A stretch of 64,000 bases of DNA from Elsinoe ampelina (Eukaryota): NCBI GenBank assembly GCA_010093995.1, contig ML992506.1, positions 913,196 through 977,195 of the forward strand, in the 5' to 3' direction. Shown one piece after another: positions 22,855-36,800 of the stretch (positions within the stretch are counted from its first letter, which is position 1; each line of letters opens with the position of its first letter). The notes below the pieces were generated by a model. That model made no database searches and was not told where the DNA came from. It was given only the letters and a program-made list of their open reading frames with translations. A program made the translations under genes and the position numbers.

Positions 22855-25800
22855 ATGGCAGACCTATTGAACAAGGAGAATGTGTCGCCTGTCCGGCGAT
22901 CACTTTCTCCATCCAAGAGATCCTCTCCCTCCAAGGTGTCAAGGAAAGGCCGGAGCAAGAGCATAGGACCAGAGGGCATATTGGAGCAGCAGAAGCCCAT
23001 CGCATCACCTAATAAGAACAGACGGAAGGTCAGTGATACAATGCGATTCGTGCTACAGGAGTAGATGCTAATTGCCGTAGTCCTCTTTTGCGCCTGCACC
23101 AAAATCAATCTTACCTTCGGAAGAAGATGTGGCCAGGAGACGGGAGGCAAGGAGAAAGTCCCTTGGTCGGTAAAGCCATCAAGTGCGCAGATTTGTGCGA
23201 CTGACTCTTGGTAGCGAACCGAAGAGTATCCTTTGCGCCAGAAGCAACCTTACACACCTGGGATGTCATTGAATATATGAGAGAAGCAACCACATCCTCG
23301 GCAAGCTCTGGCGACTCGAGGAGGGCAAGTCGAGAGAACGTGGATGAGCAGCTCTCTGACCCTTTCGATGTGCCAGCAACACCAGAAGCGACTTCACCCG
23401 CGCAGAGGAGGAAACGAAGGAGCTCAACAATACCTCCCCTGAACTTCAACGACCCTGATGAGGATTTCTCTTCCAGCCCCGCTAGTGGTAGTAGCCCTGT
23501 TGGCGATAGTGAGGAAGAGAGCGAAGACATGGAGAGTATTCTGGACCAGGAGGAAGAGGACGATAGCGATGCTATGAGCCTTGTGTCGAATGAGAACACC
23601 GTGGATATGACAATTCGATCTACAACCTCGTCAGGAACCAACGAGTCGAGCGCTCGCCTGACCGCGAATCTGGACGCAGCAACAGTCCGCGCTGGGACTC
23701 AGAACATCGATGAGATCATAAATGGGGGCAATCCTTATGAAGATGAAGATGAGTATGAGTATGAGGAAGAGCAAATCGAGCAAGAGAATGATGACATTCG
23801 GACCGCGATCCAGCAGCAAGGCATGCTCACTCCCATGGCCAAAAATTTGATCGCCTTCCAGGATCAGGAGAATGTCAATCCATTTTCTCCTGCTTTCCGA
23901 GCGCATGCAGGACGGCCTTCGACAATTGCAGAAGAGACCGAGATTGACGCGAGCATGGACATGACCCGTCCACTGGGAAGCATAATGGAATCAAAGCAAA
24001 TTGAGGCCTCCACCGAGGATGCGACAATGGACTTTACACAAGTGGCGGGTCAAATCTATCAACCCTCTCCGTTGAAGAGCGCGCTAAAGAGGAGACGGTC
24101 CACTGCGGATAGTGGATCGCCCATGGTCGCTGGAAGTGTGTCTCAAGAGAGCGAGATGGGCAGGGCAGCGAAACGTAGGAGGTCTTCCGCCGACCGCTCC
24201 TCTGCAGGGGACGGGACCATGGACTTTACTACAGCTTTTGGAGCAATTGCACAAAATCAGAGGAGAGACGAGACAATGGAATTTACAACAGCCATTGGCG
24301 AGATCCTACGGAGCCAGTCACCAATCAAAGTCAGCAGGAGACAAAGCGTTAGGAGACGACGGTCATCTGCCCAATCTGTCACGTCAAACGATCAGACGAT
24401 GGACTTTACCATGGCGGTCGGTGCCATTAAGCAAGCTCCGCTCTCACCACTCAGGGGTATCCCTCGAATGATCGAAGAAGAGGACGAATCCATGAGAAAT
24501 GACACCAATGAAGATATGTCCATGGAACTCACTACGGCACTTGGCAATGTCATGGATCAACAATCAGACATCATCTCGAGACCGACCACCCCTCACCATC
24601 TTTCATCGCCTCTCCAAGATGACCCTCCGACAACACCGAAGGACCAGGGCAGATTTAAGGAGGCTAGTGACCTGTCCGCGAAGAAGAGTCTTACCCCAGC
24701 TTTCATGCAGGAGGCTGGCGTATCGCCCCTCCCCAACTCTGTTCAAATCAGGAAGAGTCCTGCATCAGCTCACAAGATGACACCAGTCGGAAGAGCTTCT
24801 GCCTCACCGTTTCTTACCACGAAGAGAGCGTCAATGTCGCCAACAAGAACACCACTCAGCCTACCAAATCCAGTCAACGCCACCATCAGGACACCAAGCG
24901 TTTCACCGCAGAGAAGCCTTTATCCAGACTTGGGAGAGGCAAAGAGCATTCTGACCCCGACGCCATCTCCTGGCAAGAAGGCTGGTAGTACCCACGCTAC
25001 ACCCAGTATGCCGGCTACTCCGGTACAGAAATCGAGCCCGATCAGAGCACTATCATCTCCTTTCAAGCCAGAATTGATAGTCAAGCCAGAACAACCCGTC
25101 AATCCCGCGCAACCATCTCCAAAGCGAAGTCAGAGTAATATGCTAGAGACAATACGGACCATGTCTACACCTAGAAAGGAAAGCAACGGGAATGTGTCAC
25201 CACTCAAGCGTCTTAAGGAGATGACTCCCAGAAAGACACCTCTCGCCAAAGCCCGCACTCCTCGATCTGCTACCACGAGGGTACAGTTCTCAGCACCGTC
25301 TCCGGATGCAACAAGTCAGCTCAATTCGGAGCTCCTACATTCGCTGACTGCTTCCCGACCTACTGAGAAGGTCACCCTGTCCAACTTCCTCTCGACAGCC
25401 GGCATCAAATTCATGGACCTCACAGCCAGTAAGCGTCGATACACTGCAGCTCCTACTCCCTCCAAGCGAGCAGCTTTCAGCTCCATTCCCGATGAAGAGC
25501 AGGACTCCCCTACCGCGTTCGTGGATGCTGTGGTTGCAGGAGCCTGCACTGTTCCCGAGCTCGACTTATATGTCCATGCCTGTCGTGAGCTTAAGCGGTA
25601 CATGTCTGAGGGACGTAATGTCCTCAAGCAGCTTGAAAAGGAGATTGAGACGGATGCCCCTCCATTCATGGCTGCTTATCTTCAAGCAAAAGGTGAACAG
25701 AAGTCCAAGATGGACATGGCGTTGGGCGAAATGAAGGCCAAAGCTAGGATGGGCAGCAAAGAGATCTGGTACGCATGGCGGCAAGAGCTGTTGTCCGGTC

Positions 25801-26914
25801 TAGAGAATGGTCTCAGGGAGATCGAGCGCGGTCTTATCAACGATGAAGTAGAGCTAGACAAGCAAGAAGAGGCTTTGCGAGTGCTCGAGGAAGCAGTCGA
25901 GATGAAGCACGAGCTAGCGGCCGAAGTCGATGCACTCGAAGAAGTCGTTGCTCGCGAAAACCTCGACGACAAGGAGGAACTCTCCCAAGCACGCCGAGAA
26001 CTGCGACGGATCACGACCACCGTGTCTGAGCAAAAGACTCTGTTAGCACAAGTCCAGTCCGAGCTCGAAGAACAGGAACGCCTCGCCGAGCTCTACATCG
26101 ACAGCAAGACCGAAGCCCTCGCCGCCATCGAAGAAGCCAACCGCATCAAAGAAGCCAGCCGCGGCATCTCCATCGACGAAGTCGCATCCTACCACTGTAA
26201 GCTTTTTCCCTCCCCTTCCTCCTTCCATGCCAACTGACAACCCCAGCCTCGGTCCTCGCCCTCGAATCCTCCACCAAATGGCGCATCACGACCGCCACCC
26301 CCACCTCGCTCACCCTGACCTTCGCCTCGGACCTCGAACTCTTCTTCGCCCCCTCCTCCTTCCTCTCCTCCTCCCCTCACTCCCAAGCAACCAACGCGCC
26401 CATTTCCCTCTCCTACATCGCCCTCACACCACTCACGACAGAGAAGCGCTTCATCCTCCAACTCCTCCGTGCTCAGCTGCAGATGCTCGACCAGTCCTCC
26501 ACCCCGGTGCGGGCGCTCCTGTCCTTTGTCGCGAGGGGATGGGAGTTGGCTGTCTCACTGGCGGAAACGGTGAGGCGTCTGCGCCTCTCCCAGCCTGTGG
26601 AGGTGCAGATCTTGTCGGACGAGAGGATGCTCGTCGAAGCGTCGGTGTTGCTCGTGGGGGTGCAGACTAAGGTTCTGCTCGCGTTCGAGGTGGAGGCGAG
26701 GGTGCTTGGTGACGGGGAGAGTGAGGGGGAGGGCGAGGGGATGAGGCTGGTTGTGCAGAGGGAGTGTAGGGGAAGGGTGGTTTATGGCGAGATGTACAAG
26801 GAAGGGAAGATGGGGGAATTTTTGGGGCAGAGGGTGGGAGGGGCGCTGGAGGGGGCGGAGAAGGCGGTGGGGGAGTTGAGGGGGAGGTTGGAGAGGACGG
26901 GGAGGAAGGGGTAG
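22855..26914 (+). CDS. SPC105: Kinetochore protein Spc105/Spc7 (KNL1); introns 23029-23080, 23166-23214, 26197-26246
   Basis: KSIL and RRVSFA PP1-docking motifs. MELT-like repeats (MDMT, MDFT x3, MEFT, MELT). FL...GIKFMDL block and coiled-coil C-terminal region. Confidence 0.93.
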
Positions 26915-27449
26915 GGTTGCCGGCGGTGATAGTATGGATGGCAGGGAGTGGAAGGGGTTGGACGGGGAGCGAAGGGTTCACGATTTATGACCAGGTACCG
27001 ACGATGAGAGCGATGAATTGAGATGTATTCTTTTCCCAAGTCTTCGTCTGTATTGAGAGTGAAGACGCGTGTCACGTGGAACAAGGAGATGCAGGTGCCT
27101 GTTTGAATTGCGAGATACATTGCGCATCTATGGCTGGGTATCCTCTCGCGTGTTTCCGTCTTGCTGTCTTGCTGTCTTTCCGTCTTCCTCGACTTCTGTT
27201 TCTCTCATGCAGCTATGGCGACTCTATCGTCGAGGCGCGTCTCGTCCTCTTACATGCCATCATATGGCTGTCCTCATTCCCGTCCTGGTCCTCACAGGGT
27301 CGCTCTCGCCTGCTTCTGTCCTTCCCAATTCTTCACCCCCATTATCCCAACGCCATGACTCCATGCCGCTGTCCCCCTTGCCTGTATCGTCGGGCGGAAA
27401 AGAAAAGTCGTAAGTATAGTCGTGAAGTGAATCCCTTGTTCGATTGCAT

Positions 27450-28525
27450 TCAACCCTCCTGCAGCAACGCGACGTTCACGCCTCTCCTCCCCGCAAATGC
27501 GCTGGCACCGCGGCTCACGTCTGCTGTTCCGACGAAGCAGTTTGCCGGACGCTCACCGTCGAGCACGAATACTGCGGAAGTGCAGTTGTTGCTATTGGTG
27601 AAGATGTTGAGGCTGGCGCAGACTTGGATGCAGTCGTTGAAGGAGTAGACAAAGGCGGTGCTCAGTGTGCGGGCGCCGTTGGCGGAGAGGGGTGAGTCGA
27701 GGTCGCAGTGTTTCGTGTAGTTGAAGGTTGTGGAATCGGTGGTGGAGACGGGGCGGGTGGTGAAGAGGGTGTTGTTGCTTTGAGGGCAGTCGTTGAGGAC
27801 GGAGTAAGTGGGGATCGGGGCATTGAAGGTTGAGGTGATGGCTGTTGCCGTGGGTGTGGCGGAGGTGGTTTCGGGCATGAGAGTTTGGTTGGGGTGCGTG
27901 GTTGGAGAGCTTGTGCTGGGTTTGTTAGAAACGTCAGAGAAGAGGGGATGATGGAGGTCTTACGTGACTGGCATGGCTTGTGCTGCCTTTGGACGACCGA
28001 GGGCCCCTCCCACGGCGGCACCGATGATGATGAGAACCACGATGAAGCTGACGATGAAGAAAGTCCTCAATTTCATTCCGAAGATGATGACTGGCGGTTT
28101 CGAGGTGCCCACAGACTCGACGGAACGCCCCTTAAGCGTACTCGCAGTGTATTGTGAAGTGTTGACGACTGGGTACTTGTCCGAGTATGGGTGTATCGAG
28201 TCGTCATACTCGAGACCGGCAGCTGGAGCTACCTCTGGGGCATTGTGATATTGGTAGAGGTTGGACAGGCGTTGGGGAGTGTTGCCTTCCGAAGAGACTG
28301 GCGAAGAAACAATCGAGTGCTGTGAAGAGAATCGCATGTTAGCCACTGGACGTGGTAGTATCGGTAAAGAGTCGGTATGGTCGAGGTCCACGTCGTCCAG
28401 TCCCCGACGTATGGCGAAACGCGGCGGCATGGACGTGAAGCAGTACGGCGACGACAGTGTCGCACTCTAGGACGCACAAAACGCGAAGAAAGAGAAAGAA
28501 ATCTTACCTGAGCCGAATGCGACAT
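27450..28525 (-). CDS. Single-pass membrane protein with S/T linker and C-terminal Cys-rich (PAN/apple-like) domain; introns 28320-28507 and 27916-27963
   Basis: Exon MSHSAQ|HSIVSSP via GTAAGA..GCTAAC..CACAG. APEV motif, TM IIFG..TFFIVSFIVVLIIIGAAVGGALG, and a six-Cys domain containing SFNDCIQVCAS. Confidence 0.72.
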
Positions 28526-30523
28526 GATGTATAGCTCGGCGCTTTCGTATGGAGCGTCTAGCCGTGTGTTGTAGCTGAGGCAGTCTTTGGCCGGGGATTG
28601 GTTGGATTGCTGTTCTGACCAAAAATAAGCGGCGCTGCTTGGTGGACTATCGGGTCAGGCGCGCCTCGTGATGAAAATTGTCCAACGAGGGCATCAAGGT
28701 TGGGCGAGGATAGACGTTTTTTGCGAACGGCGAGAGGTGGTGAAGAGAGCAAGGTCAAGACGGATGAAACGGGTGTTTGTCAAAAGAACGAGCAGCTCTG
28801 TGCTTTCAACGGGCGCGCGGGGATGTAGAGTCTACGGACTGCGAGGAGGAAAATCAATATCGCTACACAAAGTCTAAAACCCATGCACGGCGACGAGAGG
28901 ACGAGAGGACAAGTCCTCACAAGAGCTGGACCTTGCGCTAGCCTCCTGTCCGTCAGACTCCGTCTCCGTCGCCTCCCGCCACGCCGCCTCAACCAATCAT
29001 TGCACTGCTTGATTCCTCCCCGGGCCGATGCTCAACGGGATCCCAAGCTCCTCCACATTTTGCCATGAATGCTTGGGGCCAATCTACAGCAGACGCTTTC
29101 TTGCTTCATCCATGCAGAGGAGACAAAGGTAACTAATCGGTTTGTCGTTGATGAGCCTCGGAAGTAGACCTCTCACAACCACCTGCAGCTGTCCATAACG
29201 GCATTGTCACTGTGCATCCACCGCAATCCAATCGCTTACGACCCACAGCCACAGCGGACAAGCGATAGGTGTCACGACCGTTTCCTCGGGACAGGCACAA
29301 TGCGTCGTGGCGTCCTGCACAAAAGGGCACCCCGAAATTGACACGACTCCTTCGTGCAAAGGCGCATCATGCGCCTCCTCTTTTTGCACACACACCAGCA
29401 AGCAGCAAGCAGCGGCAGATCGACCACTCGCAGAACCTGGACCGGATGATCTTTTTGGGTCTCTCCCTTTTCCTTTCGGGAAGATCCTCCACTCTTACCA
29501 CAAATTCATCCATGAACCTTCTTGAAAGCATCCCGATAAACAACAAAAACAACCTCTCGTACCAAACCCAGATCGTCCGCGTCAAGCAAAACTCTCCACC
29601 TCTTTTGCGAAAAAAACCTTGCCCTGTCCGGCCCTTACCCACCGATACGCCTGCCGGGAAAGCAAATCTACTCTACACGACAGGCCCATCCAAACGCCAC
29701 CGTGTCTCACCACCCGCCCGCGCCGGACTCCACTTTCAATCACTCCATACGTGCGAAATCCGACGAGTCGAGCATTCGTTCGCAAGCCCGAAAGCCCAGA
29801 CCCACGACCATATCGCCCATGATAAATGCCAAACCCCTGCCTTTTTAGCCTACTGTACAGTACACAAACCTGATCGCATCACAATGCCAATGCCGAGCAG
29901 CCCGATCGACCTGTGCCTCCCCTCTAGCGTCCACTCCCCATCTCGTCCATCAGCCAGCCACGACACCGCCTCTCTCGCAATTGCCAATCTCCTCCTGCAT
30001 GCCATTCCCGATCCTCCCATGTCTGCATCTTGCTTCTTTTTCCTCCTCCCGGTTCCTTTCTTGTCTGCCTGCTTTGGGATGTGACGCACGGTCGGTGCGT
30101 GACTGGGGTGTGCCCTCTGAGGACGGTCGGGGGTTGTGACTTTCCTTTTTGGGACGGGTGGGATAGGGGTTTGCATTTTGGTGGAGCTGAGAGCTTCCGG
30201 GATGCTGGGATGGGGGGGAGGCGAGGCTTGGTGCGCTTGGTTGCTGAGTCGGAGGTTGTGTTTGTTTGTTCGTGTGGCTTGGTGAGGTCAGTGTTGATGC
30301 GATGGGTTTTTTCAATGGTGGTGGTGGGATGTGGTTGTGGTTGTGGTGCGTCACAGGAGGATATGGGTGTGAGGTGAGCTTGGTCGTACCGGAATTGGTG
30401 AGGTTTGTTGATGCTCGACTCGATACAGCATGCATACCGTACAGAGACACTGTTCTGTCGAATGCGACTATGCAACGGCATTGCGTTGCTTGAGTGGAGT
30501 AATTGTACATGTTCTACATATTA

Positions 30524-32718
30524 CTACTTGCTACTCTTCTTGTCTTCATCCACTTGCAGGTAATACCTCTCCCATGTCTCCTTCCCCACTCTGCTTGGGG
30601 CTTTCACCAGTCCGTCAACACCTCCGCCCCCTTTAGGGAATGCCATCACGTCCCTTACACTCTCTTTGCCTAGCATGAGCATGACCAGTCTGTCCAAGCC
30701 AAGTGCCATACCAGCATGCGGCGGACATCCGGCCCTCAGCACCTCTAGCAAATGCTCAAAGTCCTGCATGCGGTCGTCCGACAGCTTCAGAATGTCCTTG
30801 AGCACCATTCGCTGCAACGCTGAGTGATGTATACGTCTACTTCCGCCGCCGAGCTCGACTCCATTCAGAACAAGATCGTAGTGCGCTGCTTTTGCTGCCA
30901 AAGGGTCTGTGAGAAGCAGCTCCGTGTCTTGAGCCGTCAAAGGAGCAGTGAACGGGTGATGCGTCGATGAAAGAGGAAATATCTGTACAGCGGCTGGATC
31001 AAAGTCATTGAGCTCCGCCTGTGAAGACGAAGGTGCAGGAGTCGTGTCGCTGCTTGGGACGGGACTCGCTTCTGCATCTGGCGTGAAGAGTGGGAAAGAT
31101 GTGACCCATAGAAAGTTCCATCCTTCAGGCTTCGAGATAAGACCTTGAGCAACAGCTGCTCGGTGGAGTGCCAGTCGAAGATTTCCTATCGAGGTCGATC
31201 CGCCTGAGAAAGGCACATTAGGCCTCGCCTGAACTACGATAAGGTCTCCCTCGTCAAGTTCAAGCTTTTCCTCAAGATACTCTGCAGCTTCAAACCCAAA
31301 TGGTTGCAGTCCGCCGAGAGGCTTGCGAGCGGAATAGATGAACACTCCAGGCTGACCATCCGGATTGCTGTTGAATGGTCTTGACTCGGGGCTGTCCATA
31401 AAAGATGATACAAATTTTGCCGTCTCCCTTGGATCGTCCGATATTGACATCTTGAAAATATCAACTGCTGGTTCTTTCAAGTCACTAATCTTCTGTATGA
31501 GATCAACAGGCAGCATGTAGTCTAGTCGCAGAATCTCGGAACCAAGTCGAGTGTCTGGCTTGTCAGAACCATATTTTGACATAGCTTCGTCGTATGTAAT
31601 GTGCTTGAAGGGATTCGCCCATAGATCTTCGCCCAGCAGATTGTTCCAGAGCGTTTTCACAAGATCCTCTATGACACTCATGACATCTTCCTGGTTGGCA
31701 AAAGCCATCTCCATGTCGATCTGTGTGAATTCAGGCTGTCGATCTGCTCTTAGATCTTCATCCCTGAAGCATTTTGCTATCTGCATGTATCGTGGGATAC
31801 CAGACGCCATGAGAATCTGCTTGTACTGCTGCGGACTTTGCGGAAGTGCATAAGCATATCCCGGCTCTCGTGTCGGCACAAGGAATTCATGCGCGCCTTC
31901 AGGAGTCGACTTGAATAACAGCGGCGTTTCGATATCGGTGAAGTGATGCTGTCGGCACAGGAAAGATCTTACTGTTTCGTAGACCTTACTCCGAAAGAAG
32001 ACGGCGTTTCGAGCTTCAATGCTTGTACGGAGTTGAAGGTGCCGCTGCTCGATAGGTATCGTGGTACCCTCTGCCACAATGATGTCTTTGGGGAAATCGT
32101 TCAACGGAGTCACATTTGACATGTTGAGCTCGAATCGTGTTACTCGTCTCGGTCCAGCAGATGGTCGATCGTTCGATACGGCCTTCACTTTACGAGTCTC
32201 TAGGATCCCACTGACCGAAACAGGGGCATAAGGACGGACCAGCTTCAATCTCTCACGTATGGATTCGAAGTCGGGAGATGCAGATTCGAGCTTCAGCTGG
32301 ACCGAGTGCGAGCCATCCACGCTGGTCAACTCGGCAAACGTAAGTCGTGCCGAAGCATTTCTCTGGGCTCCAACGTAGCCGTGAAGAGTAATGCTGTCCC
32401 GAGAAGCTTCAAAGTTCTCTTCTGCGAGATCGTTTATACGATGAGTTGAGCGAGGGAAGTGGACTAAAAGTGTCAGGACCATGACATGAAATATTTCGTT
32501 GGCTACCTACATGCAGCATTGAAATCGTTGACAATGGCTTCTTTGTGGCCAGTATCGACGTTACTATTTCTCCGTCCAGTGGTAGATGCAAACAGACGCC
32601 GGGCGGAACTGGCTGGTAGCAGGAGGTTGGAGAACCGTGTGTCACCGTGTCGAGCGATTGCTGCGGACCGTACGACCGACAGCCATCTTGCCGGTACGTT
32701 TGGTCTTCTGAGAAGCAT
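30524..32718 (-). CDS. MSD1: Mitochondrial aspartyl-tRNA synthetase; intron 32464-32510
   Basis: Arg-rich presequence in exon 1. Bacterial-type AspRS motifs STPEGA.EF, YALPQSPQQYKQ, FRDEDLRADRQPEFTQID, HHPFTAP and PPHAGMALGLDRL. Confidence 0.95.
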
Positions 32719-33720
32719 CAATTATTGATTTCTTTTGCGGGTGGAGCATTCACAAAGGCTGTCTTCTGTCTTCAACTTTCAATGAAGTACCAGCTTTGAC
32801 AGCGGAAATTGGCCGCGATTCAGCCGGCCTGCATAAATTTCTCTGCTTGCTAGCGATTCTTTCTTTTCCTTATGACCTTCCAAGTTCTAAACTTCGTACG
32901 TATATACTCTAGATTATCTTGAGGAGAATGACTGATCAGTTCTAGATGATGAGAAATTGGCGTGTAGTAGATGAGCAGACTTTGAACATGCTTGCGAGCT
33001 CTCCCTTCAGGGCTTAAGTGGCTCGCCTGCATGGTTGAAGCAGCATGATATCTGCGTTCGGCACATCCACCTTGTTACTTTACGGACGCGAGGACAACAT
33101 CTCTGACCAAGACTTGGAAGGCCAGGCACTGGATTAGCAGCAAGCCTACAGCTTCGCCGCGACGATGCTATCTATAGTATCACCATTTCGAATGAATCAT
33201 AACCATTCTCTTCTCATGGCCTCCTGTCTAGACATCGAACTATGCATGTGACATGATCAGACTGTCCGCGTCTATCGCCACACGGAGATGCAAAGACGCC
33301 ACTCGATGGCTGCTTTTCCTGCGAAGACGCGAAGAGAGATAGCCACTTCAACAGGTTGTGTTGTCTGATCCTTGACTTCATGACCGTAACAAGTTCGCGA
33401 CATGCTGTTGCCATCGTGCTACCAAGTGTCTGTGTAGATAATTCAAACGAGGAATGCAAGCTGTGGTTGAATCGTATAATGATGCCAAGCCAACCAATGA
33501 CGGAAGTTGCGAGCAGGGCATGCAGGTGATGCGCTTGGGTGCAACCCAGTGGAACCTGAACCTCGACCCCAGATGACTTCAACAAGACCACAACCCTACA
33601 TCAAAAGGCAGCGAATTTCTCAGATGGCCTCCGGCATTCCCTCTCTAGTCATTGAACGGGTGTGAAAGCGATCCCTCCTACCACCCGACCAAGACCGCAA
33701 TCTCCGAGCATATCATTACA

Positions 33721-35736
33721 ATGGCAAGCACATTTGAGAAGTCAGTCAAAGGCGCAACAAAGATCAAGGTCAGCAGCCATATCCGACAGCTTCACATGAC
33801 CATTACTGATCCATAAAACAGCTTGCGCCCCCAAAAGCGAAATATGTCGAGCATATCCTCCTCTCAACTTCATCTGGGGAAGCCGGTGTAGCTGAAGTCT
33901 TCCGGACGCTCCAAAATCGACTTAGAGATTCGACATGGACGATCGTATTCAAGGCACTCATTGTGGTCCACCTTATGGTCAAGGACGGGGCAAAAGATGT
34001 GACATTGGCATACCTGGCAGCAAATCCGAGGAACAGGCTGGCCCTCAACTCCTTCACTGATGGTACGCATTCCGTTAAACGCGGACCACCTTCAAGGGAG
34101 TGGTCACCTGGAACTTATAGCGAGAGTATGCGCATCTCTGGGGCAGGGGCGCATGAAAGAGAATCTCTCGTAATCACAGGCTGACTTGTTGATCGCAGTT
34201 CAGACACAAGGACAAAACATACGACGGTACTCGGAATACCTTCTAGCGAGGACGCTTGCATTTGCCGACACAAAAGTGGACTATTGCAAGATCGGGGCGC
34301 TCGAGCGCATGAAGAGCTTGTCGATCGATAAAGGACTGCTGCGCGAGACTGGCGCTATACAAGACCAGATCCGGGCACTCCTCAAATGTGATTTCTTCTC
34401 GAAAGAGTCGGAGAATGACATTGCCTTGATGGCGTTCCGGCTGATCACGCAAGACTTGCTCGACCTATACGCCGCCATGAACCAGGCTGTCATGAACGTG
34501 CTTAGTCGGTATTTTGAGCTGTCTCGGGTCGATGCTGAGCGCAGTATCACGCTGTACAAGACCTTCACAAAGCAGACAGATCAGGTCGTGCGCTATTTGA
34601 GTATCGCGCGGTCGTACGAGAATGTCACGAGGCTAGAGATACCCAAGATCAAGCATGCGCCAACAAGTCTTACAAAGTCGTTAGAGGAGTACCTGAACGA
34701 CAAGGACTTTGATACCAACCGGCGACAGTATCTTGCAGCCCAGCAAGGCAGAAAGGGGACCAAGTTCGAAGGCAAGTCCATCTTTGATGAGGCTGCCGAC
34801 TCTTCCAAGCCAGCTGCAGCATCTACGTCCTCAAACCCGACAGAGGGCTCTTCCGCATCACAATCAGCTCCCGTCTCACAGGCCAAAGGACCTGCGCCAG
34901 ATCTCATCGACTTTTTCGATTCAATAGAGCAGCAGCAACAGCCAATGGCGCAGCCGCCTCCTGAGCAGCTGCCGCAGCAGCAGCAACCAATGATGACTGG
35001 AATACCGACAGGACAGATGGCATATCCTCAAATGGGTAACGGGTTCGATCAGCAGCAGACAGGCACAAATCCGTTCGGCCAGTACATGCAGCAGCCCCCT
35101 CAGCCTATAAATCCACAGTTCACTGGTATGGGCTTTGGTGGTTACGGCCCTCAGCCGCCACAACAATTCGTCCAAGCCAACGGACAATATCAAGACATGT
35201 CGCAACAGCAGACAGGCATGTCGCAGATTAACCCGCAGCAAACCGCCCAATCCATACAATCCCCTCAGCAGCTCATGCCTCAATCTACGAACCCATTCCG
35301 ACAATCCATGGTGTACCCGCAGAATACCATGTCACCTACTTCACCTCAGCCGACAAATCCATATCAGCGCATGTCCATGGCGCCCTCGTCGCTCAATGGT
35401 ATACCTGAGCAACAACAAGCTCCACAGCAGATGCAACCACAACCGACAGGAGGATTCGGACAGCAAAACATGCAGCAATTCCAATCTCAAGCTCCAATCC
35501 AGCTTCAACGGACAGGCACAAATCCGTTTGCGAAGCAACCGCAACAGACCGGCCAGAGCCAGCCAAACACACCACAAGCTCTGTCTCCGATGGTCACTGG
35601 TAGTACGAACCCTTTTAGACAAAGCATGTTCGTCAACCAGCAGACGGGACGGGGGTGGCAGACAAACCAGCAGAATACTATGGGAGGATTGGAGCAGATA
35701 GAGACGGTGCCTGTGTTCCCTCGACCTGGGCAGTAG
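33721..35736 (+). CDS. ANTH-domain clathrin adaptor (AP180/Yap180-like); introns 33769-33821 and 34063-34198
   Basis: MASTFEKSVKGATKIK|LAPPKAKY...WTIVFKALIVVH ANTH signature, DLIDFF motif, four NPF motifs and a Gln-rich tail. Confidence 0.92.
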
Positions 35737-36131
35737 TCCTACTCAGGCTTCCGGATGGGAAAAGCAGGATGGAGATAGTGAAAGGGAGGATTGTCCGGCA
35801 GAAGGCCAGAGTAATGTGTGGACCTCTTTGCATAATACAAAGCGTGGCGCAAGCGAGGGATTGGCTTATACTTTCTTCGTTGTGGTATCTATATACGAGC
35901 AGTAGGCATGGAACTCGCTGCTCGCTGCCGTGAAGGACTTTTTCGATTTGCTTCGTGCTTCTCGTGTCATTCGTGATATACACCTTCCGTTCAATCCATC
36001 CGGTTTCCGACCTTTCAGCTTCCTGCATCGTGATCTGCTAATGGTCCCCTTCACCCTTCCTTCGCCCTGCCCCCCCGGTTGGTCCCCCTCCCCCCGTACA
36101 ATCGGCCCCCCTCCCTGAGCCCTCTCCTCCC

Positions 36132-36800
36132 TCACGAAATCTTCGCCTGACTAAAATCCATCTCCGGATGCTGCCCCATAAACTTCTTCAACATCTCCTG
36201 CTTCTTCTCCTCATCACTGCTCGGCTTCCCCATCTCCTTTTGCCTCTGATCATACATCATCTTCTCCACCATACCCCTCGTCTCGCCGTCCAGATCGCTC
36301 AGCTTGCTGTTTTCCGGGACGATCTTGCTCGTGTCGATGCTGTACGGCGCGTTGGTCACCACATGCGGCCACCAGTTCATCTTGTTGGTTTTGTCGAGGT
36401 GGATGGCGAGTTCTTTTTGGGTCGAGGATAACGGCGAGAGGGTCCAGGTGGATTCGTCCGGGAGGATGGGGTGGGGGAGGGGGCCCTGAGGGGGGGGGTT
36501 AGCATGGGGGTTTTTGGGCTGGGGGGACGGTGGGGTGGAGGGGAGGGGAGGGGAGGGAGGAGGGGGAGAGCGTACGTCTATTATGGCTTCTTGGCCTTTG
36601 ATGGCGACTTTGAGGTGCGTCTTTGTGATCTTGACGTCAAAGTCTTTGCCTTTGTATTTGGCGTCCACGGAAAGGATAATGTCGACGTCGCCGATTGTTT
36701 GGCTCCATTTGTAGGGTAGTTTGGCTTGTTCTTCTGCTTCGCGGACGCGGAGGTCGGCGTCGGCTTTTGCTTGTTCGGATGGGGTGGGAGAGGATGACAT
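36132..36800 (-). CDS. nudC: Nuclear movement protein NudC (CS/p23 domain); intron 36486-36575
   Basis: [47 protein letters not shown] and HPEMDFS. Confidence 0.95.
   Translation of the reverse strand: MSSSPTPSEQAKADADLRVREAEEQAKLPYKWSQTIGDVDIILSVDAKYKGKDFDVKITKTHLKVAIKGQEAIIDVRSPPPPSPPLPSTPPSPQPKNPHANPPPQGPLPHPILPDESTWTLSPLSSTQKELAIHLDKTNKMNWWPHVVTNAPYSIDTSKIVPENSKLSDLDGETRGMVEKMMYDQRQKEMGKPSSDEEKKQEMLKKFMGQHPEMDFSQAKIS

Noticed and set aside
29269..30084. 271-aa + strand ORF
   Set aside because: Non-ATG start, composition follows the local C-skew, and no domain is recognisable.
32946..33106. ATGATGA ... CTGA as a possible C/D snoRNA
   Set aside because: Spacing is about 160 nt, with no terminal stem or recognisable guide.
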